DNA of 64,000 nt, from IMG/VR virus record IMGVR_UViG_3300025389_001172, positions 77,322 through 141,321 of that record, one strand, 5' to 3'. The notes under the pieces were generated by a model. It saw nothing but the letters and a program-made list of their open reading frames with translations, did no database searches and was not told the DNA's origin. This document shows, piece after piece, positions 57,160 through 64,000 of the stretch. Within the stretch, counting starts at the first letter, position 1. The number at the start of each line of letters is the position of its first letter. A program made the position numbers and the translations under genes. Source of the stretch: a virus. Its lineage: Duplodnaviria; Caudoviricetes.

Positions 57160-57764
57160 ATAGAAAATGTCCGCCAATAGGATTTTATGTATACGCATAT
57201 TTGCGAACCTCTGACCTAACCCCATATTACATAGGTAAGGGAAAGGGTATTAGAGCAATAGAAAGACACAGGGTTACTATTCCTACCGATTCTACCAAAA
57301 TACTTATTCTCGAACAAAATTTAACAGAAATAGGGGCATTCGCTATTGAGCGCAGATTAATTCAATGGTGGGGTAGAAAAGATATAGGTACTGGAATACT
57401 GCTCAACGAAACTAGCGGAGGGGAGGGAGCCTCTGGAAGAGTAGGAAAAAAAGGACATGAATCTCCATTATATGGCAGAAAAAGACCCGAACACTCATTG
57501 TTATTAACTGGCAAAAAACGCCCAGAACATTCAGAAATGATGAAAGGAAAATTTGTTGGAGAGAATAATCCTAGATACGGCAAGCCAGGAACTTTCAAAA
57601 ATAAACAACATACAGAAGAAGCTCTTGCTAAAATGAGAAGACCAACAGGGCCTCATAAGAAAAAAAGAGAGCTATTAGTTTGTCCGCATTGTAAAAAAGC
57701 CAGCGACGCAAGTAATGCGAAACGCTGGCACTTTGACAACTGTAAGTCTAAAATAAATTATTGA
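57150..57764 (+). mobile_element. free-standing GIY-YIG homing endonuclease with NUMOD3-like repeats
   Basis: [26 protein letters not shown]; KRPEHS repeats; CPHC, WHFDNCK. Confidence 0.88.
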
Positions 57765-58477
57765 CCTAGATTAAATCTCATTCCAGTTGCTTTTTCAATC
57801 TCAGTCATAGTGGTCTGGTAGTTCGCCCAACTTGTTGCTGGAGTAATTGGCTCATTTGGTAACAAATATGCTTGTACTTTTTTGCTATTTTTCTCAATGA
57901 TAATTTTATATAAGCGAGTTGGGATGCCTAGACCGTTACCAGTTACTGGATGTCCTGGATCAAAAATACCGCCTGATATAATATAGAAATCTGTGCCCGG
58001 CGCCATAGCCCATTGACGCTCAGCAGTTTCTAGTAAACGCCAGCCGCCTCTATTGTTGTTGGCATTTTGTGCTACCATATTGCTCAAGTTGAAACTTTCA
58101 CTCATGATTTGATCATTTTGTGTATTGTTACCTGCTGGAGCCATGTGTCCACGATCGTGTGTTTTACCTACAGTGGCATAGTCAGCTAGGCTAGCTGAAC
58201 ACTGTGGTGCCACACTGGCGTCTGGGTGGAAGTTGTCTTTGCGTTTGGCTGGGCCAGTCATCGCGGCTGGAGTTAGGTGCTCGAATACTGCTACAGGAGC
58301 CTTCACTGAACAGCGATGGATCACAGCATAGTTCATATGGCAGATCTCTTGATCTCCGGGCTGTGGTTGATACTGTGGTGTGCCGTTGGCTGTGAACTGT
58401 GGACACATTTTATTAATTTGTGCTTGGGCAAATACTGGTAATAAACCAAATACTGCTACTAATAGTAATTTTTTCAT
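57758..58477 (-). CDS. secreted DNA/RNA non-specific endonuclease (NucA/EndoG family)
   Basis: Signal peptide, [30 protein letters not shown]. Confidence 0.92.
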   Translation of the reverse strand: MKKLLLVAVFGLLPVFAQAQINKMCPQFTANGTPQYQPQPGDQEICHMNYAVIHRCSVKAPVAVFEHLTPAAMTGPAKRKDNFHPDASVAPQCSASLADYATVGKTHDRGHMAPAGNNTQNDQIMSESFNLSNMVAQNANNNRGGWRLLETAERQWAMAPGTDFYIISGGIFDPGHPVTGNGLGIPTRLYKIIIEKNSKKVQAYLLPNEPITPATSWANYQTTMTEIEKATGMRFNLGQ

Positions 58478-58498
58478 TTTGATTCCTTTCTTGACTGT

Positions 58499-59077
58499 TT
58501 ATTTAGCTATTAACTGCTTACATTTATTACCATGGTATTTTTTATGCATACCTATTCCTGTTACAATCTTACATCCAATACAACAAACTTTTAATTGCGA
58601 CGGGTGTGTTCCATTTTCTAATTGCTTGCGTGTAATGTTTGGCCCAAGAAAAGGATTAGTTCCGTCCTCTACTGTTTTAACATTTCTGCGACGAGTTATA
58701 TCACTGCCTAAAAAATGATGTGTTCCTGCTTTTACTCTATCTTTTTGTAGGCTCGATCCATCTGATCTTGTCATAAACGGATGTATACCTTGTTCAACTC
58801 TTTTATAATTTAACTGGCTACAAAGTTTTGACATTTCGTTAGCAGGAATTTTCATACGGCGAGTTAATGCTAAACAAGCCTCCCAATCTTCTTGAGCATA
58901 ATGAATATTATAATGCTCGTTGATTGTTACGAGAGTTAAATTTGTTGGATCGTTATTTGAATGATTACCATCAATATGATGGACTTCCATTCGACGGCCG
59001 GTTGAATCGGTTCCTATAGGGCCGTAGTGATTTTCGTAGATTTTGCGATACTTAGGTGTGCTACAGTAAATACACAT
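58499..59077 (-). mobile_element. free-standing HNH homing endonuclease
   Basis: EVHHIDGNHSNNDPTNL..EH..IH; GTHHF/GTNPF/GTHP repeats. Confidence 0.88.
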
Positions 59078-59144
59078 GCTGATTGCTCCTTCAAAGCGTT
59101 AGAGTAGTTGGATGTTGACGCATCGCGAACTACACCTTTATTTA
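59067..59144. repeat. homing-endonuclease leader element, copy 2 (inverted)
   Basis: Same element as 57085-57159 with a compensatory stem change. Confidence 0.85.
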
Positions 59145-59146
59145 TT

Positions 59147-60073
59147 TTAATATCCGCCAGTCAGCGGACTGCGTTTCCAAGTGTTAGTTGCTGTGCAAAC
59201 ATAGATATAGTCAGCATCCCAACAAATTTGTCCTGGTGTCCCAGTTGCGGTTGATGCTTTAGTAGTTTGAGGTGCTTTTAATATGCCACTCTGTGATCCT
59301 ACATAGCCTGTTTGATCCTGCCATTGTAAAAATGTTGGAGGATCCCCTGCAACTAATACCTGTCCAACAGTAGGAGCTGTCTCAGGGAATACATAATTAG
59401 GGAATTTAACAGAACCGTCGGCATTAAAAGCAACTTCATAAGTGCCGGTTATAATGAATACAAGACTATTGTCGGTATCAAAATAAATGTTGCCTTGCCC
59501 ATTCTGCGATTGAATACTACCAGCCTGACCAACGTTAGGTATAACGATAGATCCGGTTGTAACAAAGCCGGCGGCAGAGACATTGCCCGGAACAGAAAGA
59601 TTGCCATAATTATCTACAGTGACACTAGGTCCACCGTTGACCAATTGAGTTGCATCTGCTGGACTGTATGTAAATATACCTGTGGAGTTATTGTAGATCA
59701 GAGCACCGCCAACGACAGATGTACTTGTCGTAACCACACTCAACGAACTTAATCTAATACCAGTGCTGGAGGATATGGGATATGGACTAGCATCAACCCA
59801 GGTATTTTCATAATAGATATAGAGTTTACCATCATTTGTGTCCCACCATAACTCACCTTCGTGCGGCATAGAAGGAGGTGTAGGACTGGAAAAAGTTAGA
59901 CTAGCTCCACTGAGAGGAAGACCACCCGGAGTCGCACCGTCTGAATACTTCAACACAGGTGCCAGCCCAGTAGCTGTAGTCTGGGTATAGAATAAATGCC
60001 CTGCTTGACCTACGTAGGTATCTGCATTGACATTTAGTGCTCTGCTGGAAAAGATCTTCTGTGTTATGGACAC
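59147..60073 (-). CDS. tail fibre/virion structural protein
   Basis: SDGATPGG, GELWWDT..LYIYY..W, GQICWDADYIYVC..W. Confidence 0.7.
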   Translation of the reverse strand: MSITQKIFSSRALNVNADTYVGQAGHLFYTQTTATGLAPVLKYSDGATPGGLPLSGASLTFSSPTPPSMPHEGELWWDTNDGKLYIYYENTWVDASPYPISSSTGIRLSSLSVVTTSTSVVGGALIYNNSTGIFTYSPADATQLVNGGPSVTVDNYGNLSVPGNVSAAGFVTTGSIVIPNVGQAGSIQSQNGQGNIYFDTDNSLVFIITGTYEVAFNADGSVKFPNYVFPETAPTVGQVLVAGDPPTFLQWQDQTGYVGSQSGILKAPQTTKASTATGTPGQICWDADYIYVCTATNTWKRSPLTGGY

Positions 60074-60083
60074 TTGAGTATCC

Positions 60084-60431
60084 TTAAACGTCTAGTGGTT
60101 CGTCACTACCGGCTTCATCTACTGCCACTGGATTGATACCAGCCATGTGTTTGATACGAGCCAGTTCATCTTCATTGTCACTGCCCTGTCCTGTAAGATC
60201 TTCGTCTGGACCATGCTGATCATAGATACTGTCTACATTAACTGCCTTCTTCAACAGTTCTATCTTGGCCTGTAGTGGCGGTACGAAAGTACCTGATTCT
60301 GTATGATCCACGTTGGGAACTTCTACTGCTGTCATCGTGGCTGCGGTCTGTTGACCCATTTCCTGGCCTTGACCGCCTTCAATGCCTGCTAGCAGTTCTG
60401 CTAGTCCGTGTAAAATTTCTGATGCTTTCAT
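60084..60431 (-). CDS. acidic putative head protein
   Basis: MKASEIL leader, PPLQAKIELLKKA, LARIKHMAG. Confidence 0.55.
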   Translation of the reverse strand: MKASEILHGLAELLAGIEGGQGQEMGQQTAATMTAVEVPNVDHTESGTFVPPLQAKIELLKKAVNVDSIYDQHGPDEDLTGQGSDNEDELARIKHMAGINPVAVDEAGSDEPLDV

Positions 60432-60440
60432 AATCTGTCA

Positions 60441-60746
60441 TTAAGCCACTGGCGTTATAGTTACTAAACCACCACTAGCTGCCTGTAGTATTTTTACTGA
60501 ATTGCTGGAATCTAGTTTGAAGTGTTCTGCTGTGTTGGCTGGTAGCAACATGGTAGCATCTGTAGTAGAGTTCAGAGCGATGAATATGTTCTGTGTAGAG
60601 GCTATACGCACTTTCAGTGCTGGAAGGTGTGCACCGTGATGGTCCTGATAGTTGCCCACGATTGAATCGAATGTTACCACTGTTACAGTCTGAGATGAAC
60701 TGCTGGCTGTTACTACTCTGGTTGGTCCTACGACTTTGGTTAGCAT
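60441..60746 (-). CDS. small beta-rich structural protein
   Basis: ORF with TAAATA upstream. Confidence 0.6.
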   Translation of the reverse strand: MLTKVVGPTRVVTASSSSQTVTVVTFDSIVGNYQDHHGAHLPALKVRIASTQNIFIALNSTTDATMLLPANTAEHFKLDSSNSVKILQAASGGLVTITPVA

Positions 60747-60795
60747 ATTTTTGTCCTTTTGGCGGGCCTGTATTGTCCCTGCACTTGTTTATTTA

Positions 60796-62379
60796 TTACG
60801 GATTGTGTACAGCACTAATAGTCCAGAAATCACTGCTCATACTGGTATTCTGTATTACTTGATATGGCATATAGAAATAGCCATTATCTCCCCAACTTGT
60901 TCCCCAACTATTACGGCAGATAAATCTACCGCCATTAAGGTTGTCATTGTAACCTACTATACACACAGCATGTCCGCCTAGTAGTTGTTCGGTGTTTACC
61001 CTCGGATATGGCATCATACCACTGCCTGCCTGTCCATGTGGTATGTATCCCCAGTTTCCTTCGAAGCTATCGTAAACATTGAAACCTACAATCACAGGAT
61101 TGCCTGCGGCTACAGCATTTTTAACAGCGTTAAAATCTAAACAGCGTTGATATCCGGTAACTTTACGATTTAGGGCATCTGCATAGGCCGCTGTGCTTGG
61201 CCTAACGGCAAACTTATTAACTGTATACGGCCATAGACTTTCTTGTGGAGCACCATATGTATAACAGGCTTTGATGCCGTCACGAATGTATGCACCTGCA
61301 TCTTGTGTTATGGTGCCTTCTAATAGTCGTTCTTGATAGTAGATAAAAAGTCGGCTAACACGAAGTGTTTTATTTTGTGTCTTTTTGTCAATTAGGTCAA
61401 TTGCACCAGCAATAGCGTTACCTGTACATGATCCCAACTGTCCTTGATCATCTATAGGACTAGCGTATGGTCTTAGGTCTACACTGGCGGGTAGAGTTAT
61501 ACCTAGTGTATGTTGATAAATGTGATCTCGAGCATCTGGAGGATCTGGCCTCCAATGATACTTTGGATACGCAGGAGGAAATGGCCCAGGGCCTGGATCC
61601 GGATCAGGACTACCATCTGCTAGTCCACCATCTAACGATCCGCCGTATCTTCCTTTTGTATATACATAGTTGCTATAGATTTCTCTGGCAGTTAGCGCAC
61701 GAGTATAAATCAATGCTTGCCCTATGTTGCCATTTAGTCCTTCACCACCACCGGTATATGTAATACCAACTTGTAGTGTACCATCACTGGTGTTTAGTCC
61801 TGCCGCTTCTCCACCAGCATACAATATACCATTAACATATATATAACGATTGTATCCATCCCAAGTTGCCACTGCATTAAGCCAGGCTGCGGCATTGACA
61901 TTTGAAGTAGCCGAAAGATCATTGGCCCACCAATAGTTAAGAAAGTCGTTAGTACCATCTGTTCTAAATGCGTTTACACCGTTTTGTGCTCCAAATGCAC
62001 TACCAATACTCATAATCCCACCAGTGCCGGGCCAACTGCCCGATGGCCAGCGTACCCAAGCACTTAGAGTATAAGGGTTTGGTCCTGTTGGGAGATTTGA
62101 AGTAGATAGATTATTAAAATACCCGTCATTGGCCAAAGTAAAATAACCACCATTGGATCTTGTATATGTAATATCACCAGCGTTGGCCACCTGCATTGTG
62201 ACATCATTACCTTGACCACTTAAATCATACCAAGTGGTTCCTGTGCCCGGATAACTTGCAGGATTATTAGCATCTAGATACAATGCTAGATTACCCTGGG
62301 CCAGCCTGCCTCCACCATTGAGAGTGGCTGACTTAACACGAACCCCATTCTTTATTATAATGCCTGCTGATAGTGACAT
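60796..62379 (-). CDS. LamG/ConA-like domain fused to papain-family (C1A) cysteine peptidase
   Basis: LYLDA..SYPGTGTTWYDLSG, YTRALT; QGQLGSC, GGHAV, RNSWG.WG. Confidence 0.88.
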   Translation of the reverse strand: MSLSAGIIIKNGVRVKSATLNGGGRLAQGNLALYLDANNPASYPGTGTTWYDLSGQGNDVTMQVANAGDITYTRSNGGYFTLANDGYFNNLSTSNLPTGPNPYTLSAWVRWPSGSWPGTGGIMSIGSAFGAQNGVNAFRTDGTNDFLNYWWANDLSATSNVNAAAWLNAVATWDGYNRYIYVNGILYAGGEAAGLNTSDGTLQVGITYTGGGEGLNGNIGQALIYTRALTAREIYSNYVYTKGRYGGSLDGGLADGSPDPDPGPGPFPPAYPKYHWRPDPPDARDHIYQHTLGITLPASVDLRPYASPIDDQGQLGSCTGNAIAGAIDLIDKKTQNKTLRVSRLFIYYQERLLEGTITQDAGAYIRDGIKACYTYGAPQESLWPYTVNKFAVRPSTAAYADALNRKVTGYQRCLDFNAVKNAVAAGNPVIVGFNVYDSFEGNWGYIPHGQAGSGMMPYPRVNTEQLLGGHAVCIVGYNDNLNGGRFICRNSWGTSWGDNGYFYMPYQVIQNTSMSSDFWTISAVHNP

Positions 62380-62382
62380 ATA

Positions 62383-64000
62383 TTATGCTCCAAAGTAACC
62401 GCCAAACTCTGTGGCATGATAACGATAGAAGGCAGTAGAACTGTCAGCCGCAGTCTGGACTGATACAGTTAAAACACCTCCTGCTACCCCGGCTGTGTAG
62501 GTAGCCGGAGCAAATGCTGTGGTTGTAAGGCTTTGTCCCAACACTACCAGATTGGCTGTGCCACCGGCATTCATGGTTGCCAACAGTTTGGTCAGTTCGG
62601 TATCAGTATCACTGATAGTGCCGTATTGTAGGATCACTGTCAGTTCTACAGCCAAGATGCTGTTATCCGTTCCGCCATAAATCTGATACGGCGTGTTGAC
62701 GCCCACAGGAACATCGGGAAAATAGTTGGTTACCGTATCGGTAGCACCGTGGTTGCCATTGCGTATCACATTGCGATTGATTACCAGATTGCCGGTATCA
62801 TTCAACAAACCAAGACTGAAGTCTACTGAAGTATCTGTAGTTGTAATACCTGGAGCATTAGCATCACCTGGTTGATTGCTGATTAATAAACGACCTACTT
62901 GTACACTGGTGTCTGCGGTGATTTGTCCGCCAGTTTCATACAGGTTGTTGAATACTGAATGTATATTACGGTAAACATTAATACCACCAGTATCGCCACC
63001 GCCCGGGTCTCCCATATTGATATCAAGTGTGGAATCAAAAGTAGTCAAGGTGTTGTTGGCAATCAACAGGCTACCTGCTTTGAAACTTGAAATACCGTTG
63101 ATGCTCAATAGTCCATTGTCGACGGTAAGTTCAGCATTGGTGCCTAGTGAGATATCTTGGATGAACAAACTTCCGGTGCCTACATAGGCACTACGGAATC
63201 GTGTGCTAGTAGATCCTAGATCGTATTGTGCATCAGCATTTGGTATAATACTGCCGGGGGTAGTTAGTGTACCATCTGCGCCAAATATCCATCCAGAACT
63301 TGCTCCGGGAGGTGTAAGAACTGTGGTACTGGGAGTTTCACCTATTGTACTACCTTGCGGTAGTGTCATAATACCGTGCAATGAGTTATCAATACCAAAT
63401 GTCCAATCGGCTGTGGCACCATTGTTCAACGAATTATAGTTGTGTATGACAAATACTGCTGTACCGTCACCGCCGGTTATACCAATCACATCACCGTTCT
63501 GATAACCAGTTCCTGGTTGATTGACTTGAATAGAGTTAACTTGGCCAGGTCCCGAAACATAGATATTAACGGTCATTCCTGTACCAGACCCACCAGTAGT
63601 AGCAATATTAGTACCATTACTATAACCGTGACCGGTACCTGTCATTTCCCAAGAAGTAGCATTGTATGAGTATTGTGCTTCAAGTGTCACTGGATGATTG
63701 GTTGTTGCCGCATATTGTCCAGTAACACCAGATTGTAACTTATTTCCGTTTAGGTTAAGTGTGCCGGACATTGTAGGATTACTATCTTGAACTAAAGACC
63801 AAGTTGTAATGTATCCAACATTATTGCTAAATTGGCCTACATCAGTTGGTGCACCACTTAGGTCACTATAGTTACCACTTGTGGCCACATTGGCCAAATT
63901 TGGAGCACCACTTAGGTCACTATAGTTGCCACTAAACGCACTAGTTAAGTATCCAGCATCATTGGTAAATGCACTTACATTAGTTGGAGCACCACTTAGG
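62383..64000 (-). CDS. tail fibre-like protein, 5' end outside the window
   Basis: Open frame to the edge; SGNYSDLSGAP repeats, PGTGY..GD, YDLGSTSTRF. Confidence 0.7.
   Translation of the reverse strand, partial: LSGAPTNVSAFTNDAGYLTSAFSGNYSDLSGAPNLANVATSGNYSDLSGAPTDVGQFSNNVGYITTWSLVQDSNPTMSGTLNLNGNKLQSGVTGQYAATTNHPVTLEAQYSYNATSWEMTGTGHGYSNGTNIATTGGSGTGMTVNIYVSGPGQVNSIQVNQPGTGYQNGDVIGITGGDGTAVFVIHNYNSLNNGATADWTFGIDNSLHGIMTLPQGSTIGETPSTTVLTPPGASSGWIFGADGTLTTPGSIIPNADAQYDLGSTSTRFRSAYVGTGSLFIQDISLGTNAELTVDNGLLSINGISSFKAGSLLIANNTLTTFDSTLDINMGDPGGGDTGGINVYRNIHSVFNNLYETGGQITADTSVQVGRLLISNQPGDANAPGITTTDTSVDFSLGLLNDTGNLVINRNVIRNGNHGATDTVTNYFPDVPVGVNTPYQIYGGTDNSILAVELTVILQYGTISDTDTELTKLLATMNAGGTANLVVLGQSLTTTAFAPATYTAGVAGGVLTVSVQTAADSSTAFYRYHATEFGGYFGA

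Noticed and set aside
401-63669. Many plus-strand and nested ORFs in the track
   Set aside because: Shadow frames antisense to well-supported genes, without RBS or motifs
1-64000. Stop-codon reassignment
   Set aside because: Conserved genes are full length in code 11 and TAA, TAG and TGA all terminate genes
63851-64000. Direct repeats GCACCACTTAGGTCACTATAGTT
   Set aside because: Coding SGNYSDLSGAP repeats typical of fibre proteins

Overview
64 kb of a large (jumbo/T4-like) tailed bacteriophage genome, almost all coded on the minus strand in standard code 11. The DnaK sequence and tmRNA tag suggest a betaproteobacterial host (inference). Left to right: a GNAT/RimK/LpxH-like trio; a curli (type VIII secretion)-like operon (csgF, csgG, two curlin-repeat genes, FecR-domain gene, autotransporter-like barrel); hemO plus a PcyX/PcyA-family bilin reductase; clpS, hsp20, dnaK; a stand-alone HemA dimerisation-domain gene; an early array of about 11 small paralogues whose conserved Leu-Arg-Trp end doubles as the Shine-Dalgarno of the next gene; a helicase-methyltransferase RM-like pair; bS21 and clpX; MBD4-like glycosylase; rubredoxin/rubrerythrin; a circularly permuted two-piece tmRNA; OmpA; nrdAB/glutaredoxin; virion and putative internal head proteins with T4 CTS-like leaders; a giant multi-domain glycosyltransferase; a secreted nuclease flanked by two unrelated homing endonucleases sharing a structured, bidirectionally promoted leader; and tail-fibre-like genes. 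Two promoter classes are visible: sigma70 (TTGACn-17-TATAAT) and a T4-late-like TAAATA. Best novelty candidates: the homing-endonuclease leader/antisense RNA, the LRW/SD cassette array, the permuted tmRNA with a 94-nt structured intervening segment, and two orphan structured RNAs. All family calls are by motif recognition only; no database searches were run.
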